A stretch of 64,000 nucleotides of DNA from a virus. The DNA is taken from IMG/VR virus record IMGVR_UViG_3300020048_000014, positions 96,001 to 160,000 of that record; one strand, written 5' to 3'. Each line of letters starts with the position of its first letter. The first letter of the stretch is position 1. The notes under the pieces are model-generated. The model was given only the letters and a program-made list of their open reading frames with translations, was not told the origin of the DNA and searched no databases. Positions 1 to 10,177 of this stretch are shown piece by piece. The position numbers were made by a program, and so were the translations under genes.

Positions 1-375
1 TTCTTAGGTAATGGTGCTGGTAATGGTGCTACTAATGCTTGTTTTTCTAATTTCTTAGGTAGTGATGCTGGTTCTGGTGCTACTAATGTCAATAGTTCTA
101 CTTTTATAGGTAAAGAGTCTGGTAGATTTATAAAAACCGGAAGCAATAACATTATGGTGGGATTAAGTGCAGGAACTTCAAGTCCTAATTTATCTGTAAT
201 ATCTAATTCAATTGCTATTGGAACCGGAGCTACTGTGACAGGTAGCAATCAACTCTCATTAGGATCGACAACAAATCCACTTTCGGTTATTCCCGGAGCT
301 ACCTTCTCTGGATCTCTATCCGGGTTGAAGATTAGAATAAATAATCAATTCTTTACTATCCCTCTTTTAGCATAA
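1..375 (+). CDS. Tail fibre/adhesin-like protein, C-terminal part (5' truncated by window)
   Basis: Frame 1 is open from base 1. It encodes 17-aa repeats FLGNGAGNGATNACFSN / FLGSDAGSGATNVNSST followed by SIAIGTGATVTGSNQLSLGS, typical of beta-helical/YadA-like fibre repeats. Confidence 0.6.
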   Translation, partial: FLGNGAGNGATNACFSNFLGSDAGSGATNVNSSTFIGKESGRFIKTGSNNIMVGLSAGTSSPNLSVISNSIAIGTGATVTGSNQLSLGSTTNPLSVIPGATFSGSLSGLKIRINNQFFTIPLLA

Positions 376-388
376 TACCGTCTATGTT

Positions 389-1168
389 TTAAAAATTGTA
401 ATGAAATTCAGAAAATTTTGAATGTAGAGAGCCTAATATCTCTCTACTATCATCTGCTTGTGGTTTAATAATCGGCCTGATGGTGTGTAGATCAGAAAAT
501 CCATGTTCTGTATCCCTTTCGTGGGTATATTGTTGGACATCATTAAAATTATGATCGAAATATGGCTTATCTAAAAATTTATAGACTTCTAGCATAGAAT
601 TTTTAGGATTCGTGGTCAAAGAATCATAATCTATTAGATGAAATCTATCACTATATCCTCGTAAAAACGCATCTTGGATCGAGTTAAATGCTGATCCGAC
701 TACACCATTGGACCAAGCATTGACTCTGCCTGATAATATAGACATTTCTGGCACTCTTATCATCGGAGAGTTTATATCTTTCAATTCTTTTCTATATAAT
801 TTTTCAAAAGATGCTAAAATACATGTTAATTTTCTTGTAGTCGTCAGAATTTTTACGGGTCTATCTAATGATAATTCCAATAACTCTAATAAATGCGCCC
901 ATCCTCTTGATTTATTAAATACTATCGGTCTATCAGTATCTGAATGGTATGAGTATACCATATCACGAATGATCTGAAGTTGTTTTTCGACTGGTTCTGA
1001 TGCTTTAATAGATGGATGCTTCTGCCAAAGATCATGAATATTTGATACGATATCAGATAAACCACTTGTTGGTGTTACGTGAAAATCAGGATTTTGAGCA
1101 AGAATATTGCAGAGTAACGTAGATCCAGATCTCGGCATTCCATTTATAAATAATATCTCTTTTTCCAT
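389..1168 (-). CDS. PAPS-dependent sulfotransferase
   Basis: N-terminal 5'-PSB loop FINGMPRSGSTLL, plus FNKSR and the downstream LIDYDSLTTNPK motif. ATG start (MEKEILF) at 1168 preferred over TTG at 1204. Confidence 0.85.
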   Translation of the reverse strand: MEKEILFINGMPRSGSTLLCNILAQNPDFHVTPTSGLSDIVSNIHDLWQKHPSIKASEPVEKQLQIIRDMVYSYHSDTDRPIVFNKSRGWAHLLELLELSLDRPVKILTTTRKLTCILASFEKLYRKELKDINSPMIRVPEMSILSGRVNAWSNGVVGSAFNSIQDAFLRGYSDRFHLIDYDSLTTNPKNSMLEVYKFLDKPYFDHNFNDVQQYTHERDTEHGFSDLHTIRPIIKPQADDSREILGSLHSKFSEFHYNF

Positions 1169-1217
1169 ATTACAATAATTTAGTTGTATATTTTCAATAG
1201 TCAATTAAATATTTTCC

Positions 1218-2105
1218 ATGACATCAATTTTTCATATAACAGGTGGATTAGGCAAACATATTTTAGCTAGTAATATTATCAATTCATTTAAAGATAACTT
1301 TCCCGAAAAGGAAATTGTCGTGTCTAGCGCATATCCAAGTGTATTCGAGAGAAATCCAAATGTATCAGAGAGTCTAAATATCGCTAAACATCAATATTTC
1401 TACAAGAATTATATTTTTAACAAAGATGTCGAGATTTTTGCACAAGAGCCATATAAACAAACATCACATATAATCAAAAATAAACATTTAGTGAATACAT
1501 GGTGCGATATGATTGGGATAGAGCTTACTCAAACAGCTTCTATACATTTAAATTTTAGAGAGCTTGAGTTTACTCGAAATAAATTAAGCCAATATGGTGA
1601 TAAACCAATTTTAGTTTTTCAACCTTTTGGTGGAATGCCTAATGATAATCAAAAGTATAGTTGGGCTAGAGATATCCACCCAGAATTAGCTCAAAAAATT
1701 GTAGATAAATTGCAAACCGAATATACAATTTTACATATTTGTAATCCAAGTCACCCACAATTACAAAATTGCATCAGAGTTGACGATAGATTGAATCCAA
1801 ATATGTTATTTGCAATTTTGAGTTTATCTACTAAAAGAATTTTAATTGATTCTTGTTTGCAACATGCTGCGTATGCGCTCAACCTGCCTTCTTTGGTTAT
1901 TTGGAATGTTACGTCACCGAATCAATTCGGTTATGGGTTACATGAGAACATTGTATCTCACAATGAACAGTTGAGTGGTGGTATAAATTCATATTTATTC
2001 AATTATGAGATAGGTGGCATTATTGAAGAATGTCCGTATCAGTCATATGATGATATGTTTGATGTGGATACTATCATGAAACATATAGATAATAACTTCT
2101 TATAA
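1218..2105 (+). CDS. Glycosyltransferase, GT9 (heptosyltransferase-like) GT-B fold
   Basis: ITGGLGKHIL N-terminal motif, LVFQPFGG, and the C-terminal LIDSCLQHAAYALNLPSLVIW motif resembling the GT9 DSGxxHxAxA motif. Confidence 0.65.
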   Translation: MTSIFHITGGLGKHILASNIINSFKDNFPEKEIVVSSAYPSVFERNPNVSESLNIAKHQYFYKNYIFNKDVEIFAQEPYKQTSHIIKNKHLVNTWCDMIGIELTQTASIHLNFRELEFTRNKLSQYGDKPILVFQPFGGMPNDNQKYSWARDIHPELAQKIVDKLQTEYTILHICNPSHPQLQNCIRVDDRLNPNMLFAILSLSTKRILIDSCLQHAAYALNLPSLVIWNVTSPNQFGYGLHENIVSHNEQLSGGINSYLFNYEIGGIIEECPYQSYDDMFDVDTIMKHIDNNFL

Positions 2106-2130
2106 TAGTCAGATATATTAAATAATTCTA

Positions 2131-4806
2131 ATGGCATTATCATTTCAATTAGGATATCCTCTAGTTCCTAGATCTATAACCAATCCTAATGTGATTAGGA
2201 ATGATGCTATTGATGTCGGTGGTCCAATGTCATATTTGACATTTATAAAACTTATAAATGTTTCGTTCGAACCAGATTCTTTACAAGACTATTATAATAC
2301 TTATTTAAATTCTTGGAATATCAAAAACAATTCTCAAGATAATGATAATTCAGATATAATAACTGAGAGATATAGAGACTTTTTAAGAGAAATATCTATA
2401 AAATACACCACACTAGAAGAAAAGGACTTTTTATCTAAAATAAATTTTGATGATCCATATGATCTAGATGTGGTTATGAGTTTTTATGGTGATAAAATCA
2501 AAGAACTTATATCGTATTATAATTCCAAGAGAGATAACATAAAGTTTAGTATTGTCAGGAATAAATTAATCGGCACCAACTTTGGAACCGAGAAAACTCT
2601 GACTGAATTGACATTATCATACTTGAAAAGTATTGATGACGGTAAAATGTTGTTTAATTACGACAATATTGCTCAAAATTTGACTATAAACATAGACGAA
2701 TTGTATGACAATAATTTAAATTATTATAATCAAACCCCTGACATCTACAAATACGATAATAAAGATTTAGATTATGGATTTGATATTTTTTTAAAAAATG
2801 ATCAGGAATTAATCACTGAAATATTTGGAAATATTTCCAATAATCTCCAAGATATAAAGGAAGTCGATCAATTATTCGACAATAAAAGAAAATTAACTGA
2901 GAAATATATCTCAACAGATTTTTATTATTTATCTACTGGCAACACGTTGTCGGATATGGTATCTGGAAAGTTATTTGATAGTGATAATACTATACTTAAT
3001 TTTTTAAATAGAGACTATCCTACCACTGCATCAACAATTAATTCCGATTATTTAATCGATGAAAGAAAACAGGGGTTTTTCAAGCCATCTAAAACATCAA
3101 TAATCTTATTAGACGGGGATAATAAATCATTCTCATTTAATTTACAAAATATTGAACCAAATTCATTATATTATTTTTCAGATCCATCTATTGGTGGTGG
3201 CAATGATAATATATTATCGTTTATAGTCGATACATCATATTTAAAACGAAATTTTTCGTCAGGAATTGCGACTAATCAACCGAAATCGAAGTCGAATGAT
3301 ACAAAATATTACGGATATGTGTCAAACATCGACCCAAATAAGATCAAATATTTTGATACCGTATTCGATTCTGGTTTTATTGAAGATAGTAAATATGATA
3401 TATTCGGAAATCAATTTGGATTATTTAAAAACGATTCCAGATTTAGAAAAAATATAGAATTTATATCAACAACTGATATAAATTCTATGATTATAGACGG
3501 ATATTTTATATATGACGAAATATTTGGAGAGGGTTATAATTTTAATTATACTACCACTAATTCACAAGATGAATATCCACATAGAACTGGTCTATACACT
3601 AAAACATCACCACTATCTAGTGATGATGTAGACGTAGTTATATCTTTCGGCAAATTATTTCAATATGCTGAGCCATATTACGAGTCCCAATTTATCTCAA
3701 ATGAGATAATTGATGTGATTGAAGGAGGATTCGTATCAACATATGATTTAGTGCCTTATCCAGACTCGTCATCATCCGATTTATCATCATATGAATTTGA
3801 TAACGGTGATTTTTATTATGAAGATTTGATTGAGTGTGGACTTCACACCGCAGATCCTCTACAAAGACCACTTTTATCCCCGGTCCTATCGGCTAACTTG
3901 ACCCAATACATTAGAGGATCGGCTTTAAATGTTTTAGACGGTGGAGTTTTCAACGATTCTAGTGATTTTTCATATAGCGTGATCAAAAATGAGTATGCAT
4001 ATAATGATGAAGTATATAATACTACTGAGTTGATGTCATCCACATTTATAGATAATATTATTTCTGAAAATGGGACAATTTTTGTAAAAAACACTCAAAC
4101 TAAACAATGTTTACCGATCTTATTATCTATACCGCACTTACAATATAAGTATAATAATTCTATCGTAAGCGAATTAAGCAGTAGTATACTAAAATTTGAT
4201 ATAAGTAGTAATATACTTTTCATAGAAACATCTTCTTATTTAATTATCGATAAATTAGAGTATAATGGCGTCTTCTTGGATTCCAATATTTCGCCAATAT
4301 CTATAGAATACAATCAAGATAATTTCGATAAACTATCAAATAGATTTAAAGTCGATAATTTCGTATATTTTTGTAAAATGAATACGCTATCTAGTGAAAT
4401 GTATTCAAATAACTTCACATTGTATCCAGAAATATATAGATTGGATATAATCAATTGCATATTAAATAAAATATTTCCATTGTCTGAAACAGACATAACT
4501 CAATCTTCACAATTCTTCAGTGTTTCTGGAGACAATACCCGCTATATATCATTAGATTCCCCTGTTATTACATATAGCAGTAAAAACGATATTTATAATA
4601 TATCATTTTTACTAAAAGATCAAAATAATATGCCCATTATACACGAATATGATTTTTATTTAAATCCTAATGCAAACTTTTTAAACCATAATATAGTAAA
4701 ATTTAATAATTATCAATTATCCAATATATTCGATAATTTATCCACAGTGTCACTATATCTATCATCATCTATCCCTATGACTATACAAGAAGAACTAATA
4801 TTATGA
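2131..4806 (+). CDS. Large putative virion structural protein (891 aa)
   Basis: Long ORF rich in N/D/S/I/Y, with an upstream TAAATA box, in an operon with baseplate/fibre genes. No family recognised. Confidence 0.5.
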   Translation: MALSFQLGYPLVPRSITNPNVIRNDAIDVGGPMSYLTFIKLINVSFEPDSLQDYYNTYLNSWNIKNNSQDNDNSDIITERYRDFLREISIKYTTLEEKDFLSKINFDDPYDLDVVMSFYGDKIKELISYYNSKRDNIKFSIVRNKLIGTNFGTEKTLTELTLSYLKSIDDGKMLFNYDNIAQNLTINIDELYDNNLNYYNQTPDIYKYDNKDLDYGFDIFLKNDQELITEIFGNISNNLQDIKEVDQLFDNKRKLTEKYISTDFYYLSTGNTLSDMVSGKLFDSDNTILNFLNRDYPTTASTINSDYLIDERKQGFFKPSKTSIILLDGDNKSFSFNLQNIEPNSLYYFSDPSIGGGNDNILSFIVDTSYLKRNFSSGIATNQPKSKSNDTKYYGYVSNIDPNKIKYFDTVFDSGFIEDSKYDIFGNQFGLFKNDSRFRKNIEFISTTDINSMIIDGYFIYDEIFGEGYNFNYTTTNSQDEYPHRTGLYTKTSPLSSDDVDVVISFGKLFQYAEPYYESQFISNEIIDVIEGGFVSTYDLVPYPDSSSSDLSSYEFDNGDFYYEDLIECGLHTADPLQRPLLSPVLSANLTQYIRGSALNVLDGGVFNDSSDFSYSVIKNEYAYNDEVYNTTELMSSTFIDNIISENGTIFVKNTQTKQCLPILLSIPHLQYKYNNSIVSELSSSILKFDISSNILFIETSSYLIIDKLEYNGVFLDSNISPISIEYNQDNFDKLSNRFKVDNFVYFCKMNTLSSEMYSNNFTLYPEIYRLDIINCILNKIFPLSETDITQSSQFFSVSGDNTRYISLDSPVITYSSKNDIYNISFLLKDQNNMPIIHEYDFYLNPNANFLNHNIVKFNNYQLSNIFDNLSTVSLYLSSSIPMTIQEELIL

Positions 4807-5300
4807 CTACTTACAATTTAAATTTATCATCTGATTCCACTAGCAACGTAAAAATGTTGCAATTGATAAATTTTGACGATATTACCGAGTTTTCGATAAG
4901 TTTCAATAATATAGACGAAAGTTTTATTCCAATATCAATTCAAATTGATTGGGGTGATGGTAATATAGATTTTTATGATAATAATGTTAACATACAAGAT
5001 CTGACAATAGTCAATAATTTCAATATTAGTCCAATTTTTCTCAATACGTATACTCACAAATATTACCCATCGATCAATTCATTATATAAAACTCTATCTG
5101 GTCAAATTTTGATAAATTACTCCAATTTTGATCAATCTTGGTTTATTTTTCCCATAAAAATACGAACATATGATTATTTTGAATCAGTATATGATTTAAA
5201 ATTGGTCAATACTAATATATTACCATATAATAATAATCCAAAACAGCATCAATTGATAACAGATATTGGAAAATTTTTAGTAGAAGTTCGTAATGATTAA
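4803..5300 (+). CDS. Putative structural protein with PKD/Ig-like domain
   Basis: IQIDWGDG...YTHKY is a PKD-type signature. ATGA overlap with the upstream gene. Confidence 0.5.
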   Translation: MTTYNLNLSSDSTSNVKMLQLINFDDITEFSISFNNIDESFIPISIQIDWGDGNIDFYDNNVNIQDLTIVNNFNISPIFLNTYTHKYYPSINSLYKTLSGQILINYSNFDQSWFIFPIKIRTYDYFESVYDLKLVNTNILPYNNNPKQHQLITDIGKFLVEVRND

Positions 5301-5308
5301 ATATTTTA

Positions 5309-7609
5309 GTGGTAACTTCTACAACATATTTATCTTCGTTCGTAAATGCAAAAATTCAGACAAACACGGACAATTTCGTATTAAAACAATTTCAGCGCAC
5401 TTATCCGGGAAATTACGCTCTAAATTTTGTAGATGCATTATCTAATATTAATGATGTCAATACTAAAAATTATACAAATTTTTATTTGACTAATAATTAT
5501 AAGATATCTGATATTTTCGAACAACCAAAGACTAACAATAAATTGGTTAATATATTCGGAACTTTAATATCTGGGGACGAATTTTTAAAATTTAGCGATA
5601 TTGATCCTATGCCATACGCTATAGTGAACAGATTGGATGAACACTATAATTATGGTGTTCCGGTATTTTCTAATATTAAAGATGAATCAACAAATTTCAC
5701 TATATCCATTTTTAGTGATAATAGATGTAACATATTTTATACAAAAAACTATAAAAAATATTATTTATGTGCGGATATAAATAATAAACTTGTTTTCGTC
5801 AAACAAAATCTTTTAACATTTGATAAAACTTCTACGAATGCTCAAGATTTTCAATTTATATTTTCTGAAGCTAAAAACGAAATTTTTCTGTATAAAAATA
5901 CACAGAGTGGAAATTATTCAGTAGTAAATTATAATAATTCGTTAATATTGAATAATATAATCAGTAATGATTTCATTTCAAATACTTCCACTTCTTTTAC
6001 TATAAGTAGAAGTATATATGATGGTCATTCGACTGTTCCAAATACCTCCTATATCACATATTCTACTGATAATACTATTGATATAGACAAAAGTATATTT
6101 AATTTATCAAATAATATACTATTACACAAAACGTATAGTGTTGAAGACTCTTCAATAGATTCAATAATTTTAAAAAATCAGTTATTGCAGTCTGATATTT
6201 TTTCTTCTTCTAATAATTTATTATCCAGTAATACTAATAATCTATATGTAAATAATTTACGTGAATATTCGTCTATATTTCAAAATATAGACGAAGAAAC
6301 TTCAGAATCATTGGAATTAAATTATGTATACTATAACAAAAATTATAATATACTACCGGGAACTAATCTTTTCACCAGTCCCTCTAGCATGTATCCATAT
6401 AGCAAATTAAATGTTAATGATACTAAATTTGTCGATAGTGGGGCCTTTTCTTATGTAACACCACAATTTTCAGATAAAATTTATCGTTTATCCGATGACA
6501 TCATTAATAATGAAAATGGTCAATATTTATTATGCACATGGTTATCTGGATCTGTGACATCTATTGATAAAATTTGGGTTGATAGATATTATTATCCAGA
6601 CTTAATCGATAAACAGACTGCTATATCCACAGTCAGTGAGTTATATTCGACATATGATAATTATATTGAACAATTAATATCCAATAATAATAATATTTTA
6701 AGTTCTGTCCAGTATAAAAAAATATTTGATAAGAAAAGTGACCTAATTTTTGAACCAAATCAAAATTATCAATATGTTAGAATATCTGATACAATATTTT
6801 CAGAATTATCATCTCAAATTTCAAAAATTGATCCAGAAATTAATTTGAATTACTTTAAATCTATAAATGAGTCGGGAGAATTAATATTAGCGTTTTATTT
6901 CGATGGTGATGAATCATCTTGGAGCGTTAAGAGTGAGAGAAATAATATAAATTCTGGGTTATCTATAGAGAAGAACGGATATGAGATAACTATCACATAC
7001 GATGTATATGATTCTACCATGTTTAATTATGATTTTACGGAGTTTTCTTGGATAAGAAATAGTAAAACCATAAAAATAGAACCATTGCAATCAAATTTTG
7101 TATCTGTTGGAATTAATACCAAAACTAACCAGTGTTATTTTTTTGTAAATAACACTGTTGAGTATCAATTCAATTTACCTGAATATCAATTATACGTTAA
7201 ACATTTATTATACGGTGATTTTTTTGTATACTATGACTCTGATAAAAAGATAAAATTATCGGAATTCGCATATCCTAAAATATATAATATTATTATATCG
7301 AATTCTTATATTCCAGTAGAATTAATTTCCTTTATATTTTTAATGTCGAATAATAAAATTTCGGACAATATTGCTATAACATTACCGTGTGGAATGAGAA
7401 ATAGTAATGATTCTATTGAATTATTGAATAGTATTTGCGGATCATCGACATTTAAATCCAATTTTATTGATATTGATATTAATAATTTGAATATATCCGA
7501 TAAGAATATTTTAGATGGGTTGAGTCAGGTAATTGAAACCAATATATTGGAGGTGTTGCCAGCAAATACTAACATAAATAGTATAAATTATAAGAATTAT
7601 AAATCATGA
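5309..7609 (+). CDS. Large putative virion structural protein (766 aa), possible C-terminal ConA/LamG-like domain
   Basis: GTG start 5 nt after TAAATA. Beta-rich C-terminus (NFVSVGINTKTNQCYFFVNN). Confidence 0.45.
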   Translation: MVTSTTYLSSFVNAKIQTNTDNFVLKQFQRTYPGNYALNFVDALSNINDVNTKNYTNFYLTNNYKISDIFEQPKTNNKLVNIFGTLISGDEFLKFSDIDPMPYAIVNRLDEHYNYGVPVFSNIKDESTNFTISIFSDNRCNIFYTKNYKKYYLCADINNKLVFVKQNLLTFDKTSTNAQDFQFIFSEAKNEIFLYKNTQSGNYSVVNYNNSLILNNIISNDFISNTSTSFTISRSIYDGHSTVPNTSYITYSTDNTIDIDKSIFNLSNNILLHKTYSVEDSSIDSIILKNQLLQSDIFSSSNNLLSSNTNNLYVNNLREYSSIFQNIDEETSESLELNYVYYNKNYNILPGTNLFTSPSSMYPYSKLNVNDTKFVDSGAFSYVTPQFSDKIYRLSDDIINNENGQYLLCTWLSGSVTSIDKIWVDRYYYPDLIDKQTAISTVSELYSTYDNYIEQLISNNNNILSSVQYKKIFDKKSDLIFEPNQNYQYVRISDTIFSELSSQISKIDPEINLNYFKSINESGELILAFYFDGDESSWSVKSERNNINSGLSIEKNGYEITITYDVYDSTMFNYDFTEFSWIRNSKTIKIEPLQSNFVSVGINTKTNQCYFFVNNTVEYQFNLPEYQLYVKHLLYGDFFVYYDSDKKIKLSEFAYPKIYNIIISNSYIPVELISFIFLMSNNKISDNIAITLPCGMRNSNDSIELLNSICGSSTFKSNFIDIDINNLNISDKNILDGLSQVIETNILEVLPANTNINSINYKNYKS

Positions 7610-9411
7610 ATTATTTCAAATATACAAACGGTGAAGCATTCGTATTAGATGGATTTGATTATATCGGTTATTTTAACATAATTGATCAAATTGCATATAC
7701 TGGTAGAATTTTCGATAAAGATTCTCAAATATTAACACCTAAAGACACATTTATATCGGAAGTATATATCGGAAAATATGAAACCAATACAACATATAAA
7801 AATATTCAACCCATTGAAGAAAAATATTCTAATGCGTTTGATATTTTTAATAATGTTGGATTGGCGAATGCGACAGATAATATTAAAAGTAATAATATTA
7901 TCTGCTATAAGAATTTAATTCTGTCTAATCCCACAGTTTACAATTTTCAAGAAAATAACGGAGTATATTATGCTTTATCAAGCATATCTGAAACAAACTC
8001 TTTGAATATTCCATCCAAGAAAAATTATGTCGGTAATTGTGTATTGTTTGCAGACAACACCAATCTAAAATTTATGGATAATATAATATCGGGGGTATTA
8101 TTGGTCAATTCTTCTGAAAAATTTACTTATTTATTAACTGATGGTGAAAAAACTTACACATATAATGGACAGTTTGGAGAAAATACTCCACTAGAATATG
8201 TTAAATCTGTGGATAATATAAGTTTTGGAGTTGATGATTATGCTTATAAAAATCCTGATTACGTATATTCTATATATCAAGATGAGCCAAATAATAAAAT
8301 AATATATGTAAAATCATCAAATATAGAAATTCACGATTCTTTAAACTATAATGATTGTCCTGATACTATATTAGAAGATCGCATATCATTAAAACCAAGT
8401 GAAATTAAATTCATGAAATGGAATAGTTTGGATGAGAAGTTTTCCAATCCTACTATAAAATTTAAATGGAATGAAAAATTCATAATTTATAATGAAAACA
8501 ATCCATCCAGTATAAAATTTGGTTATAACTATAGAACTCAAATAGATAATGTTACTAATACATTGATTATATCTAATAAATATTCATCCGATACTATATA
8601 TAATATTTCATTAAATGCATTGAATATTTTTAATATTATATCAATAGATATACGATCTATTGATGATCACATACTAATTTTACATAAAAACTCTGACAAA
8701 ATTAATATTTCTCATTTTCCAGTTGCTAATATATCTGATATTAAACAGTGGGATATTGAAAGTGTTTTATTATCTTCTAATAATTACAATGTTAAATTTA
8801 CTGAGTATGATTCAGATGTTTTTACATTATCGAATGATTTAGAATATCAAACTAGATTTTTATCGAATCCAACTTATCCATCTGGTAGATTAGAATTGGC
8901 AGAATTGAATTATCCAATCTTCACAGTATGGAACAATACATTGCTATTATGGAATAACAATAATTATATGTGGAATTCACAAAAAAAATCTTCCAATTTT
9001 TATAAAAATATAATATCTTCGACATGTATTAAAAATAATAAGATGTATATGCTATTACATAATGTTGGTAGAATATACACTATATCTCAACCGATAAATG
9101 AAAGATTCTTAGATATAATTCCACTAGATTTGGTTAGACAATTCGGGAATTCGTCATGTGATGACACCTCACTTGGATTAAAATTAAATATAATTTTCAA
9201 AAGCCTAATCGATGACACATTATCCATCCTCAGAAATTCTTCGAATGGTGTGAGCTTCGAAGAAAGAAAAATAATCTATAAACAATTAGAAGATTTTACC
9301 TTAATTTCGGAGAATTTGTATATGAATACCAATGAAACTTTTAATGTGTTAATGATTAGACGAATTTTATTTGAAATATATAAAATTCAATCGAAAATAA
9401 TACCATCATGA
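7606..9411 (+). CDS. Putative virion structural protein (601 aa)
   Basis: Long ORF with ATGA overlap to the upstream gene, in structural context. Confidence 0.45.
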   Translation: MNYFKYTNGEAFVLDGFDYIGYFNIIDQIAYTGRIFDKDSQILTPKDTFISEVYIGKYETNTTYKNIQPIEEKYSNAFDIFNNVGLANATDNIKSNNIICYKNLILSNPTVYNFQENNGVYYALSSISETNSLNIPSKKNYVGNCVLFADNTNLKFMDNIISGVLLVNSSEKFTYLLTDGEKTYTYNGQFGENTPLEYVKSVDNISFGVDDYAYKNPDYVYSIYQDEPNNKIIYVKSSNIEIHDSLNYNDCPDTILEDRISLKPSEIKFMKWNSLDEKFSNPTIKFKWNEKFIIYNENNPSSIKFGYNYRTQIDNVTNTLIISNKYSSDTIYNISLNALNIFNIISIDIRSIDDHILILHKNSDKINISHFPVANISDIKQWDIESVLLSSNNYNVKFTEYDSDVFTLSNDLEYQTRFLSNPTYPSGRLELAELNYPIFTVWNNTLLLWNNNNYMWNSQKKSSNFYKNIISSTCIKNNKMYMLLHNVGRIYTISQPINERFLDIIPLDLVRQFGNSSCDDTSLGLKLNIIFKSLIDDTLSILRNSSNGVSFEERKIIYKQLEDFTLISENLYMNTNETFNVLMIRRILFEIYKIQSKIIPS

Positions 9412-9445
9412 CTTGATAATTGAATCTTCTTGCTAAATAAGTCAA

Positions 9446-10165
9446 ATGAGTTCTTTTTTAGATAAATTTATTGCCGATACCTATAATGGAATACTTCATT
9501 CCGATATTGGATTAGATGAAACATCAATATCACAAATATTCGATGGGGATGGAAATAAGTCCGCATTAAGCCTTGGTAGAGAAAATAATGGTGGTAAAAT
9601 TACCGGACCTCTGGTATCAACTTCATCGACAGTGGAGCAAAATCTATCAGTAGGTGGAGGTATTACTGCTAATAATATATCATCATCATCTATTAATACT
9701 GATAGTATAGTAATTAACAATTCATTGCGAGCATCTAACGTCAATTACCCCGTTTCAGATAATTTGACAAGCCTATTTGCATTAATTTATCCGATTGGGT
9801 CTATATATTTGAACGCTGTAGGTACAAATCCGGGAATTATATTTAGCGGGACGACATGGAGGCAGATATCGCAAGGCAGATTCCTTGTCGGGGTAGGTAC
9901 GGGTAATGATGGTATCAATTCTTCACAGACATTTGCTCCCGGTAATAGTCAGGGTGTATATAAACACCAGATTACAATAGACGAAATGCCAAGGCATAAC
10001 CATACATATCAGACTATTACAGATGCTAATGTAAATCGAGAGTTTGGTGAAACCAAAATCGATGGTTATTTTGATACAAGAGATACATCGTTTGTCGGTG
10101 GCGATCAACCACATACCAATATACCGCCGAGCTTCGGGGTATATATCTGGCAAAGAACAGCTTAA
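9446..10165 (+). CDS. Baseplate wedge / tail-collar type protein (T4 gp10/gp12-like C-terminal domain)
   Basis: YPIGSIYL...NPG...GTTW...QGRFLVGVG...HQITIDEMPRHNH...HTNIPPSFGVYIWQRTA is a classic phage baseplate/collar motif set. Confidence 0.8.
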   Translation: MSSFLDKFIADTYNGILHSDIGLDETSISQIFDGDGNKSALSLGRENNGGKITGPLVSTSSTVEQNLSVGGGITANNISSSSINTDSIVINNSLRASNVNYPVSDNLTSLFALIYPIGSIYLNAVGTNPGIIFSGTTWRQISQGRFLVGVGTGNDGINSSQTFAPGNSQGVYKHQITIDEMPRHNHTYQTITDANVNREFGETKIDGYFDTRDTSFVGGDQPHTNIPPSFGVYIWQRTA

Positions 10166-10177
10166 TATATTTAAAGT

